This document shows, piece after piece, positions 8,601-16,658 of a stretch of DNA of 28,834 nt (position 1 is the stretch's first letter; every line of letters starts with the position of its first letter). This DNA is from Acidimicrobiia bacterium (GTDB taxonomy: Bacteria; Actinomycetota; Acidimicrobiia; IMCC26256; BP-133): contig JAICGL010000001.1 of NCBI GenBank assembly GCA_025923175.1, forward strand, positions 1-28,834. Direction: 5' to 3'. The position numbers were made by a program, and so were the translations under genes. Under the pieces are notes generated by a model. That model did not search any database. It worked only from the letters and a program-made list of their open reading frames with translations, and was not told the DNA's origin.

Positions 8601-8701
8601 ACCCCGACACCCTCGACCGTCTCGCCCGCTGCAAGGGCATCGGCCCCGGGAAGCTGGAGTCCTACGGCGAAACCCTCCTGGCCCTACTCGACGAACTCTG
8701 A
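5699..8701 (+). CDS. UvrD/Rep-family SF1A DNA helicase with long N-terminal extension and C-terminal HRDC domain (UvrD2-like)
   Basis: APAGSGKT (I), LVDEFQD (II), VGDDDQVIYGYAGA (III), NYRCP (IV), TVHRVKGREW (V), EERRIFHVAITRAK (VI). HRDC-like ALKAWRTAMAKEEGKPPYVYLSDAHI...CKGIGPGKLESYGETLL. Confidence 0.93.
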   Translation: MGFPGPDELGRGLVVLPGAAVAAPYADAPRLTIDEAVLGAPQVMEAMAAVLHEAWAERRRVVIELAVPPETLRAPEVERRPPYELDPGFTFERERLQFLVWANNYDARKPGDPIWWHGVRAARIGATLGDPADILLPDGTPAWCDGGPRRPVLTDSGAVVVHRDSIDAGLLTPARFAEPTTVLAPDQLAAVAHPGGPARIIAPAGSGKTRVLTERIRHLLVDRGYEPGVVTAVAYNVMAAAQLRERTAGFQPTIRTLNSLGLNVCSRRGDWRIAEEPFCRDVLSGLVKTARKVGTDPLAPYLDALATIRLGLVPPEKAEDMHPDAAGIAAAFPAYRDALHRAGRLDFDEQIYQAIELLLSDPDLRAEVRAEARTLLVDEFQDLTPAHLLLIRLIAGPAADVFGVGDDDQVIYGYAGADPGFLIDYRRYFPAAATYDLQVNYRCPPAIVDAARTLLGHNRRRIAKTIRPAEPAAARTSSSSGSATGCATVTLTAVDAAAAQPVAPHGALVFRAVTADDMGPAAVEAVRQWAVEGVTYSDIAVLTRVNSSLLPVQLLLDQAGIPYRAAVGPWILERAGTAAALAYLRIAADPTRITRADLRATVRRPSRKISPKAIDMLARDATTSLRSIRGLAAWLADKDAFVKDVDRVDAYAADLEALAEALAKPGTTTADLLRFIRDTIGLGEAMDTLDASKGALDRSSNGDDLAALLQVAPLHPEAATFETWLQERLAGGVARSSNGAGQDPSGGDSVEPAVHLATVHRVKGREWARVIVFGADAGLFPHRLSADVEEERRIFHVAITRAKDQAVVLGDEAGPSPFVDELTREAPPRPALDPSDSNPFRRLEMPTPPPTATRAGRNKNKAKATNGEPGFAAATGAEITLAGGLRATIKEVRRGEVLAETATGSTVVSFGAAIRADGENVRLVAPPERVDAGIAALKAWRTAMAKEEGKPPYVYLSDAHITDIAERDPDTLDRLARCKGIGPGKLESYGETLLALLDEL
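7145..7206. repeat. 62-bp imperfect palindromic element inside the helicase CDS
   Basis: Arms of 31 bp match at 24/31 about a centre at 7175/7176 (GACGG|CCGTC). Both ends carry the self-palindromic GCAACCGGTTGC, read in different codon frames. Confidence 0.7.
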
Positions 8702-8711
8702 GAGGCGCACC

Positions 8712-9434
8712 ATGTCGATTGGCAACGGCTACGAGACCGTTACCGCCTTTGACGGCGGCACGTTCGAGGCGTACTGCGCGGTTCCGGAGGGGAGCGGGCC
8801 CTGGCCGGGGCTCGTCCTGTTCCAGGAGATCTTCGGGGTCAACGACAACATGCGGGGGCTTGCCGAGAAGGCGGCTGCCGCCGGGTATCTGGCCCTCGTG
8901 CCAGACATGTTCTGGCGCATCGAGCCGCGCTTCGAGCGCAAGGACGAGAGCGGCCTGGCCGACGGCATGACCAAGGTCGGGCAGTTCGACTGGGAGCGGG
9001 GTGGAGCGGACATCGCCTCCACGCTCGGCCACCTGCGGGGCATGCCCGAAAGCAACGGGCGCGCCGGCGGGGTCGGGTTCTGCTTTGGCGGCGTCCTCGC
9101 CTATCTCTTCGCCGCCACCTCCCGGCCCGACGGTCAGGGGCCCGACGCCGTCGTCAGCTACTACGGCTCAGGCGTGCACGGCCTGCTCGAACTGGCCGGC
9201 AGGATCGAGTGCCCGATCATGTTCCACTACGGAACACTGGACCCGTTCATCCCTGTCGATCAGATCGACCAGGTCGAAGCGGCCATGAAAGGCCACCCCG
9301 GCCTGGAGTTCCACCGCTACGACGCCGGTCACGCCTTCTCGAACTGGGACGCCCCGTCGATGTACGACCAGCCTGCGGCCGACGAAGCCTGGGCGCGCAC
9401 ACTCGACTTCTTCTCTCGCCACCTCGGCGCCTAA
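8712..9434 (+). CDS. Dienelactone hydrolase family protein (carboxymethylenebutenolidase-like)
   Basis: VLFQEIFGVN (Glu), GFCFGG (Cys nucleophile), FHYGTLDPFI, YDAGHAF (His). ATG 8712 with GAGG upstream. Confidence 0.93.
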   Translation: MSIGNGYETVTAFDGGTFEAYCAVPEGSGPWPGLVLFQEIFGVNDNMRGLAEKAAAAGYLALVPDMFWRIEPRFERKDESGLADGMTKVGQFDWERGGADIASTLGHLRGMPESNGRAGGVGFCFGGVLAYLFAATSRPDGQGPDAVVSYYGSGVHGLLELAGRIECPIMFHYGTLDPFIPVDQIDQVEAAMKGHPGLEFHRYDAGHAFSNWDAPSMYDQPAADEAWARTLDFFSRHLGA

Positions 9435-9447
9435 CGGAGGAGGAGTC

Positions 9448-11127
9448 ATGCCGGGTCGCCGCCACTTCGCGGTCCTGGTCACGCTCCTGACCCTCGTGTC
9501 GGGATGCGGGGGCGGCGGTTCTCCGGGCATCGAGGGAGGCGCGGAGCCATCAGCGGGGCCGAACGACGTCAACCCGACGGACCGCGAGCAGATGGCCGAG
9601 GGCGGCACGCTGCGGTGGCCCATTTCCCAGTTGCCACCCAACTTCAACACCGGCCACCTCGACGGCAGCCTGGCCGACAACGCGGCCGTGATGGGCGGCC
9701 TCCTCGGCGGCCCGTTTGACTTTGACGCCGCCGGCCAGCCGGTGCTGAACACCGACTATGTCGAGACCGCCGAGTTGACCGCGACCGCGCCAAAACAGGT
9801 GGTCACCTACAAGATCAACCCCAAGGCCAAGTGGTACGACGACACGCCGATCACCTGGGTCGACTACGAGGCCCAGTGGAAGGCGCGCAACGGCACGAAC
9901 CCGGCCTACCGGGTGGCCTCCACCCAGGGCTACGACAAGATCGAGAGCGTGCTGCGGGGAAGCGATGACCGGGAGGTCGTGGTCACATTCCACCAGCCGT
10001 ACTCCGACTGGAAGGGCCTCTTCGGGCTCTATCCGGCGTCCACCAACCGGGATCCCGCGGTGTTCAACGACGGCTGGAAGGACCGACCGCTCACCACCGC
10101 TGGGCCGTTCAAGCTCGAAGGCGTCGACCACACGGCGCAGATCATCACGATGGTCCGTAACGAGAAGTGGTGGGGCAGGCAGGCCAAGCTCGAACGCATC
10201 GTCTATCGGGTGATCAACCCCGACGCCCAGATCGACGCCCTGACCAACGGCGAGATCGACTTCGTCGACGTGGGCCCCGACGTCAACAAACTGCGGCGGG
10301 CCGAGACGACGCCCGGGATTACCCTCCGCAAGGCCGGGGGCGGCGACTTCCGGCATCTGACCATGAACGGCCAGAGCGAGATCCTCAGCGACATCAACGT
10401 GCGCCGGGCGCTGGCCATTGCCATCAACCGGGAGCAGATCGCCCGGACGCTGCTCGGGCCGCTCGGCGTGCCGGCCGTCCCCCTCAACAACCACATCTTC
10501 ATGCCCAACCAGAAGGGCTATCAGGACAACTCCGGCGAGGTGGGGAAGCACGACGTCGAGAAGGCCAAGAGCTTGCTCGACGACGCCGGCTGGACGCCGG
10601 GGCCGGGCGGGCTGCGGATGAAGGGTGGTAAGCCGCTCACCATCCGTTTCGTGATCCCCTCCCAGGTAGCGACGAGCATTCAGGAGGTCCAGCTCATCGA
10701 GCGCATGCTCCAGGCGGTGGGGGCGAAGGTCGAAGTCCAGGCGGTGCCCACCGGCGACTTCTTCGACAAGTACATCAGGCCGGGCAACTTCGAGTTCACG
10801 GTTTTCTCCTGGCTGGGTGGGGTGTTCCCCGTCAGCGGCCGGAAGTCGATCTATGCCAAACCGATGGGCGACCGCATCCAGCAGAACTACGCCCGGGTGG
10901 GATCCGACGAGCTCGATGCTCTCTTCGACCGGGCCACCGCGGAGTTCGACCCCGACAAGGCCATCGCCCTCGGCAACCAGATCGACACGTTGATCTGGGA
11001 GGAGGTCCACTCCCTCACCAACTACCAACGCCCCGAGATCGTGGCAGCCAATTCGAAGCTGGCCAACTTCGGCGCCTTCGGTTTCGCTTCCGCCGCCTAC
11101 GAGGACATCGGCTTCAAGAAGGGCTGA
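9448..11127 (+). CDS. ABC transporter family-5 (peptide/nickel) substrate-binding lipoprotein
   Basis: GGAGGAG RBS, lipobox LVSGC, YKINPKAKWYDDTPITWVD, TAGPFK, VRRALAIAINREQI; typical actinobacterial OppA/DppA-like. Confidence 0.92.
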   Translation: MPGRRHFAVLVTLLTLVSGCGGGGSPGIEGGAEPSAGPNDVNPTDREQMAEGGTLRWPISQLPPNFNTGHLDGSLADNAAVMGGLLGGPFDFDAAGQPVLNTDYVETAELTATAPKQVVTYKINPKAKWYDDTPITWVDYEAQWKARNGTNPAYRVASTQGYDKIESVLRGSDDREVVVTFHQPYSDWKGLFGLYPASTNRDPAVFNDGWKDRPLTTAGPFKLEGVDHTAQIITMVRNEKWWGRQAKLERIVYRVINPDAQIDALTNGEIDFVDVGPDVNKLRRAETTPGITLRKAGGGDFRHLTMNGQSEILSDINVRRALAIAINREQIARTLLGPLGVPAVPLNNHIFMPNQKGYQDNSGEVGKHDVEKAKSLLDDAGWTPGPGGLRMKGGKPLTIRFVIPSQVATSIQEVQLIERMLQAVGAKVEVQAVPTGDFFDKYIRPGNFEFTVFSWLGGVFPVSGRKSIYAKPMGDRIQQNYARVGSDELDALFDRATAEFDPDKAIALGNQIDTLIWEEVHSLTNYQRPEIVAANSKLANFGAFGFASAAYEDIGFKKG

Positions 11128-11146
11128 AGCGGGGTGCCTGCAGGCG

Positions 11147-11629
11147 TCAGGCGGGGTCGGGGGTGAGGAGGGGGCTGACGGCCCGGTCGTCGAGGTGGGT
11201 CGGCATGCCGTCCCGGGCGTCGAAGAGGGTCTCGCCCCCGTAGAGGGCCACGAGCTCGGGGCCGAGCCGCTCGGCGGCGCTGGCCAGCAGGTGGCAGGCG
11301 AAGTGGAGTTCCCGGGCGTCGAGTGTCTCGGCGACGAGTTCCGTGGCCAGGATGACCTGGTTGTCGGTCAGGAAGATGCGAAGGCCGAGGCCGTTGGCGT
11401 TGAGGCCGTTCAGCATCTCGAGGAGCCCGATGCTCATCGGGATACCGACCACGACCGGGGACCACATGCGGACCAGCGTCGGCTCGAAGTCGACGATCTC
11501 GACGATGAAGCCGCTCGTGTTGACCCGCACGTGATAGCGGCCGTCCTCGTCGGGGGCGGGGACCGGCTCCTCCAGCCACTGGCCGATCAGGCGCTCGATG
11601 TACGGCCGGATGATCTCGCTGCGCATCAT
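11147..11629 (-). CDS. YbjN / T3SS-chaperone-like fold protein
   Basis: 160 aa. The pattern DEDGRYHV...LVRMWSPVV...LLEMLNGLNA...RIFLTDNQVILATEL...L is typical of the YbjN/CesT-like family. RBS GGAAGGGG. Confidence 0.7.
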   Translation of the reverse strand: MMRSEIIRPYIERLIGQWLEEPVPAPDEDGRYHVRVNTSGFIVEIVDFEPTLVRMWSPVVVGIPMSIGLLEMLNGLNANGLGLRIFLTDNQVILATELVAETLDARELHFACHLLASAAERLGPELVALYGGETLFDARDGMPTHLDDRAVSPLLTPDPA

Positions 11630-11696
11630 GGGCCCCTTCCGCGATGGATCGATATGGGGCCTATCGGCGCATTCGTCGCCGGGCTTGAGCGGAGCG

Positions 11697-12704
11697 TCAG
11701 GCGGAGTCGACCACCTCGTAGTGGACGGGCTCGCCGGGGATCGCCCGGAGGATGCCGCGGCGTTCCAGGGCGCGGATGTGGGCCATCGCCTCGGACACGG
11801 CCATCCGGCGCATGAAGCCCTCGATACGGTCCCACGACCGGGACCACTTCATGTGGCCGGCGACTTCCCAGCCGGTGTCGTGGCCGGCCCGGATGGCCGC
11901 CAGGATCTCCTCGAAGCGATGCTCGTGATGCTCGGCCAGTTCGGCCAGCCGGGCCTGGAGACCAACGAAGCGGTGCTCGTGGGCCGGAAGGACCTCGTCG
12001 CTGTCGTAGGGCGTCAGCTTGTCGAGCGAGGTCAGGAAGCTACCCAGCGGATCGTCGCCTGACTGGGGGTGCAGCCCGATGTTGGGCGTGATGCGGGGCA
12101 GCACGTGGTCGCCGGTCAGCATCAGCCGGTTGCGGGGCTCCCAGAAGCACAGGTGGCCGGGGGAGTGCCCCGGCGTCCAGATGGCCTGCAGGTCCCAGCC
12201 GGGGACCTCTGGCTTGTCACCGTCCTCCAACATGACGTCGGGCTTGACGAGCGACACCCACTTGCGGACGGGCATCGATGCGTAGGTCAGCCCCTCGAGT
12301 TCTTCGGGCGGGGCGCCCTGCGCCCGCAGGATGGCGGCCACCCGCTCCAGGAGCCTCTCCGGCTCCTCGTAGCGGTCGGGGATGAGGGCGGCGTCGGCAG
12401 GATGGAGGGCGACCCATGCCCCGGAGGTCTCCCGCACCCGACCGGCCAGGCCGTAGTGGTCGGGATGGATGTGGGTGACCATCACGCCCCGCACGTCGGC
12501 CACCGAGGCACCGGCTGTGGCAAGCCCCGCGGCCAGCGTCTCGAAGGCGTCGTCGGTGTTCCAGCCGGCGTCGACGATGTACATCCCCCGATCGGTTTCG
12601 AAGGCGTAGACGAGGACGTAGCGCAGCGGGTTCATGGGGATGGGGACGGGGATGCTCCACACCCCCGGCCGCACCCGCTCAACGGGTGGGAGAGGAGCCG
12701 CCAT
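11697..12704 (-). CDS. MBL-fold metallo-hydrolase
   Basis: IVDAG, THIHPDHYG (HxHxDH), TPGHSPGH, LTGDHVL, LPAHE. Confidence 0.93.
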   Translation of the reverse strand: MAAPLPPVERVRPGVWSIPVPIPMNPLRYVLVYAFETDRGMYIVDAGWNTDDAFETLAAGLATAGASVADVRGVMVTHIHPDHYGLAGRVRETSGAWVALHPADAALIPDRYEEPERLLERVAAILRAQGAPPEELEGLTYASMPVRKWVSLVKPDVMLEDGDKPEVPGWDLQAIWTPGHSPGHLCFWEPRNRLMLTGDHVLPRITPNIGLHPQSGDDPLGSFLTSLDKLTPYDSDEVLPAHEHRFVGLQARLAELAEHHEHRFEEILAAIRAGHDTGWEVAGHMKWSRSWDRIEGFMRRMAVSEAMAHIRALERRGILRAIPGEPVHYEVVDSA

Positions 12705-12714
12705 CGAAGGAGCT

Positions 12715-12730
12715 TGGCACGAGTGTCAGG
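12715..12730. promoter_or_regulatory. Palindromic operator candidate TGGCAC-GA-GTGTCA (copy 1)
   Basis: Lies in the divergent MBL/methyltransferase gap. Its reverse complement CCTGACACTCGTGCCA is identical to 17626-17641. Confidence 0.45.
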
Positions 12731-12775
12731 TGTCAGTCCGAATCACGCCCCGGCCCCCTGCCACAATTTCGGACC

Positions 12776-13594
12776 GTGACCTCCGCCGGTGACACGTACA
12801 TCCACGGCCACTCCGACTCGGTGCTGCGGTCCCACCGCTGGCGGACGGCAGAGAACTCGGCCGCCTACCTCCTGCCTCACCTGGCGGACGGTCAGCGACT
12901 CCTGGATGTGGGCTGCGGCCCCGGCACTTTGACCGTCGACCTCGCCGGAAGGGTCGGCCCGAACGGCAGCGTCGTGGGGATCGACATCTCGGCCGCCGTG
13001 GTGCAGGAAGCGGCGGCCCACGCCACCAGGCAGGAGGTGGGCAACGTCACGTTCCGGACCGGGGACTTCCGTGCACTCGAGGAACTCGACGGATCCTTCG
13101 ACGTCGTCCACGCCCACCAGGTGCTCCAGCACCTCCGAGACCCGGTGGGCGCACTCGCCGCCATGGCCCGCCTGGCCCGCCCTGGTGGGATCGTGGCCGC
13201 TCGCGACAGCGACTACCTGTCGTTCGTATGGACTCCCGGCGACCCGAGGCTCGACCGGTGGCGGGAGATCTACATGGCCGTGGCCAGCCGCAACGACACC
13301 CGGGGCGACGCCGGACGCTGGCTGCTGCGCTGGGCCGTGGAAGCCGGCCTCACCGACGTCGCCTACACCACCTCGACGTGGACGTTCGCCACGCCGGCCG
13401 ACCGGGCCTGGTGGGGCCAGTCGTGGGCAGAGCGCACGGTGGCGTCGAGCCTCGCCGAGCAGGCGGTGGAATACGGCATTGCGACGAAGGCCGAGCTCGA
13501 AGAGGTGGCGGGTGGCTTCCGGGACTGGGCCGACCAGCCACAGGGGACGTTCGTGCTAGTTCACGGCGAGATCGTCGCCCGCTCGTCTTCCTGA
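12776..13594 (+). CDS. Class I SAM-dependent methyltransferase
   Basis: TYIHGHSDSVLRSHRWRTAENSAAYLLPHL N-terminus, LLDVGCGPG motif I, FDVVHAHQVLQHL. GTG 12776 chosen by family N-terminus. Confidence 0.9.
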   Translation: MTSAGDTYIHGHSDSVLRSHRWRTAENSAAYLLPHLADGQRLLDVGCGPGTLTVDLAGRVGPNGSVVGIDISAAVVQEAAAHATRQEVGNVTFRTGDFRALEELDGSFDVVHAHQVLQHLRDPVGALAAMARLARPGGIVAARDSDYLSFVWTPGDPRLDRWREIYMAVASRNDTRGDAGRWLLRWAVEAGLTDVAYTTSTWTFATPADRAWWGQSWAERTVASSLAEQAVEYGIATKAELEEVAGGFRDWADQPQGTFVLVHGEIVARSSS

Positions 13595-13743
13595 CCCGTC
13601 GCCCAGTAGCCCTTGGCCGATGCTTTGAGATCCAGCGCCGTCGCCGACGTGATCAGGTCGCGCAGCCGTTCGAGCGCCGGATGAATCCGGGCCACGTTCT
13701 CGAGAGCTTCCCCAGCCCCAGCGTTGTTGTCGTCGTCGGACAT
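13561..13743 (-). CDS. Possible small hypothetical protein (60 aa)
   Basis: MSDDDNNAGAGEALENVARIHPALERLRDLITSATALDLKASAKGYWATG...; AAGCAGG upstream and a helical-looking core. Overlaps the methyltransferase 3' end by 34 nt. Confidence 0.35.
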   Translation of the reverse strand: MSDDDNNAGAGEALENVARIHPALERLRDLITSATALDLKASAKGYWATGQEDERATISP

Positions 13744-13813
13744 CGTCGGCGCCTGCTTTCTGAAGCGCGTGGACATACGAATTGCGGGGATTCGTACCCA
13801 GTCCGGCTCGGAA

Positions 13814-15127
13814 TCATTCCTCCGCTTTCGATCCAAACCGGATTTTTCGGAATGCGGCGATACCGGCCGCCAGGGCGAGACCGACGGGAATCCCGATCCA
13901 CCATCGCCGCGACGGGCGCTGCGGCCGTCCGGCCGGGTTCACCGGCGGGTCGGGCGCCGGAGCGGCCACCTCGGCGGCAGCCGTCGTGGTCGTCGATTCC
14001 GGGAGCGGGGCGGTGGTGGTGGAGGCATCCGTCGGCGTCGTGGCGGTCGTCGTCGCCGTTGCGGGCTGCGTCGTGGTCGTCGTCGGCTTCGGACGGGTCG
14101 TGGTCGTCGCCCTGGGACGGGTCGTGGTGGTCGTCGGCGCGGTCGGCGCAGTCGTCGCCGGCGGCACCGAGGAGGTCGCCACCCGTCCGGAGTCGGCGTC
14201 GGCCATGAGCGACGACGTGTCGACGGCTTCGAAGGCGCCGGCCGGGATCGTCTTCAGCTGGTCGAGGAGGTCGGTGTCCCAGCCGGGCTCCGACGTACCG
14301 GTGAAGTACCAGTTGGAGCCGTTGTCGGCCACGATCAGGCCGTGGCGCTGCATGGCCCGCAGCACCACCTGGGTGTCGGGCCGGTAGCGGGACACGTCGA
14401 AGCTCGCCTTCAGCCGGAACCACGCCCCCATCGGCGGGAGCGACGGGTCGTTGGCTGCACCGGCGTGGTGGCGGGCCGGCCACAGGAAGCTGCGGTCGGT
14501 GCGCGACGCCGTGAGGCGGATGGCATGGTCGACCGTGCCGGCCGCCACCTCGTCGCGGCGCAGCAGCCCAGAAAGGATCGGCAGGCCGGCGGCGTCGGCC
14601 GACGTCCAGCCCCGGGGCCGCAGGGCGTTGCTGCGCAGATCCCAGATCGCGCCCGACCCGGCGGTGGGCTGCCCGCCATTCCAGTCGGCGGCGAAGAGCT
14701 CGTAGAGAACGCAGCGGTCCTTGTCGACGACGAGGGCATGGGCGTCGGAGCCGCCCTCGATCGGGGTGGCCGGCCCGAAGGGGTAGGGCCCGGGGTCGCT
14801 CTCGTCGGCATAGTCGAAGGTGACCGCCACCTTCTGCGTCGAGCCCGGCACCACGGAGTATGGGATGCCGTAGGGCTGCCCGCCGTCGTTCGGTCCGAAG
14901 TCCGGATGGAGGCGCCGCTCCGGGCCGCCCATCGAAGCGATCCATGCCGCCGAGCGCGCATGCACCGGCAGGCTGCTCACGTCGGCATGCCAGATGTTGT
15001 CGGCCGGGAAGAGCGGACAGGCGGGCCCGGCGCCCGGCAGCGGCGCCCCGCCGGCGCCCGCGCCCGAGGACAGCAGTCCCGCCGCCAGCAGACCGGCGGC
15101 GACCAGGCCGGCGGGAACTCGCCTCAT
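13814..15127 (-). CDS. Secreted, C-terminally membrane-anchored protein of unknown function with Pro/Thr linker
   Basis: Signal peptide from ATG 15127. Globular domain (CPLFPADNIW, YGIPY, WTSADAAGLP, DHAIR, GLIVADNGSNW), T/P-rich stalk, then TM WWIGIPVGLALAAGIAAF and a basic tail. Confidence 0.85.
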   Translation of the reverse strand: MRRVPAGLVAAGLLAAGLLSSGAGAGGAPLPGAGPACPLFPADNIWHADVSSLPVHARSAAWIASMGGPERRLHPDFGPNDGGQPYGIPYSVVPGSTQKVAVTFDYADESDPGPYPFGPATPIEGGSDAHALVVDKDRCVLYELFAADWNGGQPTAGSGAIWDLRSNALRPRGWTSADAAGLPILSGLLRRDEVAAGTVDHAIRLTASRTDRSFLWPARHHAGAANDPSLPPMGAWFRLKASFDVSRYRPDTQVVLRAMQRHGLIVADNGSNWYFTGTSEPGWDTDLLDQLKTIPAGAFEAVDTSSLMADADSGRVATSSVPPATTAPTAPTTTTTRPRATTTTRPKPTTTTTQPATATTTATTPTDASTTTAPLPESTTTTAAAEVAAPAPDPPVNPAGRPQRPSRRWWIGIPVGLALAAGIAAFRKIRFGSKAEE

Positions 15128-15172
15128 CCTGCAATTTTCGGCGCGCCGACAGCCCGGCCTTAATCTGGCGCG

Positions 15173-15790
15173 GTGACGAGCGCCGAGCCGACTCTCTCGG
15201 AGCAGCGGCGGGAACGGCGCTGGGAATCCCGCCGCGAGCTGATCGTGCGGGCTGCGGCCGAGGTCATCGCCGAGATGGGGCTTGAGCGGGCCACGCTCGA
15301 CGCCGTGGGCGAGCGCGTCGGCCTGTCGAAGGCCAGCCTCTACTACTACGTGAAGAGCAAGGAGGAGTTGCTCGGTCACGTCATCGCCCACGTCCTGGCC
15401 GCCCAGGAGGAGGCCATGGCGGCCCTCACCCGGGAGGGCATGACCGCCGAGGAGCGCCTGCGGGCGTTCTGCCTCGGACACCTCCAAAGCCTCTTCGCCG
15501 ATCCCGCCGGCCACATCGCCGCCCGGGTCGCGCTCTCCGACATCCGCGACGAACTGGTCCGCCGGCCGCTGCGGGCCTACATGGCCCGTTTGGAAGCGAT
15601 CCTGGCCGACGGCGTGACCGAGGGCGCCTTCCGGCCGGCCGACTCTCGCATCGTGCGGTACTCGCTGTTCTCGGCGCTCAACGCCGTGACCCTCTGGTAC
15701 TCGCCGGGCGGCCCGCTGACCCTGGAGGAGGTGGGAAACCAGATCTGCGACCTTGTCATCGACGGGTTGCGGGAAGGATCCTCCCCATGA
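15173..15790 (+). CDS. TetR/AcrR-family regulator
   Basis: IVRAAAEVIAEMGLERATLDAVGERVGLSKASLYYYVKSKEELL HTH. TAATCT 6 nt before the GTG suggests a leaderless mRNA. Confidence 0.92.
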   Translation: MTSAEPTLSEQRRERRWESRRELIVRAAAEVIAEMGLERATLDAVGERVGLSKASLYYYVKSKEELLGHVIAHVLAAQEEAMAALTREGMTAEERLRAFCLGHLQSLFADPAGHIAARVALSDIRDELVRRPLRAYMARLEAILADGVTEGAFRPADSRIVRYSLFSALNAVTLWYSPGGPLTLEEVGNQICDLVIDGLREGSSP

Positions 15791-16230
15791 AAATGATCTC
15801 TCGCATCCTCGTCCTGGCCGGTGCGGCCGCGGTGGTCGTGTCGGCGGGGCTGCCGTGGGTCACAGTCAAGGGCGCCCTGCCCAGCACGCTCGACCTCGGC
15901 CTCATCGGCGCCGAGGTCTCACCACTCGGCAAGACCGTCTCGGGCACCGAGACCAAGGCGTGGCCCGTCGTGATCGGGATCGGTGCGGTGGTGGCGGTGC
16001 TGGCCCTCATGGGCCTAGCCCGCAAGCTCATCCTGCTCCTCGGCCTGCTCACCACCGTGGCCGGCGGAGCCCTGCTCTACTACGTGATGAACGTGGTCGA
16101 CATCGAGACGAAGGGCGACACCCTGAAGAACGCCCTGGCCAACCTCGCCCTCGACAGTTCCGCCGGGGCCGGGCCGATGCTCCTGATAGCCGGCGGCCTC
16201 GCCATCGCCATCGGCGCCATCCTCGACTAA
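15787..16230 (+). CDS. Small integral membrane protein (about 4 TM)
   Basis: ATGA overlap with tetR; four hydrophobic segments; GC3-rich codons. Confidence 0.8.
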   Translation: MKMISRILVLAGAAAVVVSAGLPWVTVKGALPSTLDLGLIGAEVSPLGKTVSGTETKAWPVVIGIGAVVAVLALMGLARKLILLLGLLTTVAGGALLYYVMNVVDIETKGDTLKNALANLALDSSAGAGPMLLIAGGLAIAIGAILD

Positions 16231-16616
16231 GGACCCTTCGGGTCACCGCCGAACGGGCCTTCGTCGAGGCCGGCCACCAGCCAGCCCAGCAAGCCCCGCA
16301 GCTCCTCGTAGGCGACCAGGCGGGCTTCGTCAGTCCCGGCCGCTTCGGCCCGGTCTATCGGCTCCGCCAGCCGGCGCACCCACGCCGGACCCACTTCCAG
16401 CAACGCATCGCTGCCCGCCGACACCCACTTCACCAATGCGTGCCGCACCACCGCTCCCAGCGGCAGCCCGACGAAGTCGGCCAGATTCTGCAAGGTGGGC
16501 AACGGATCGACGAGCGCCCCCGCCGCCACCTCCTGCTTGAAGTTGCGGTGCGGATCGTCGTCGGTGATGGGGCCCGTCCACTGTTCCAGCGCGACGGCAT
16601 CGGGGGGTTGGCTCAT
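16227..16616 (-). CDS. Conserved hypothetical protein, DUF6027-like
   Basis: WTGPITDDDPHRNFKQEV...DPLPTLQNL...ALVKWVSAGSDALLEVGP...RLVAYEELRGLLGWL resembles DUF6027 as recalled; not verified. ATG 16616. Confidence 0.7.
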   Translation of the reverse strand: MSQPPDAVALEQWTGPITDDDPHRNFKQEVAAGALVDPLPTLQNLADFVGLPLGAVVRHALVKWVSAGSDALLEVGPAWVRRLAEPIDRAEAAGTDEARLVAYEELRGLLGWLVAGLDEGPFGGDPKGP

Positions 16617-16658
16617 CCGACCAGTCTGCTCATCGCACGGCTGCGGTATGAATTGGAG

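Noticed and set aside
7803-8711. 543-aa ORF suggesting a long N-terminal extension or fusion on the dienelactone hydrolase
   Set aside because: The upstream part overlaps the helicase in another frame, is Pro/Arg/Ser junk, and a proper ATG with RBS exists at 8712.
12715-12730. Sigma54 promoter (TGGCAC)
   Set aside because: No TTGC at the -12 position; better explained as a dyad.
13980-14170. GTC/GTG-rich repeats as CRISPR or VNTR
   Set aside because: They are the reverse complement of Thr/Pro linker codons; no constant repeat-spacer structure and no cas genes.
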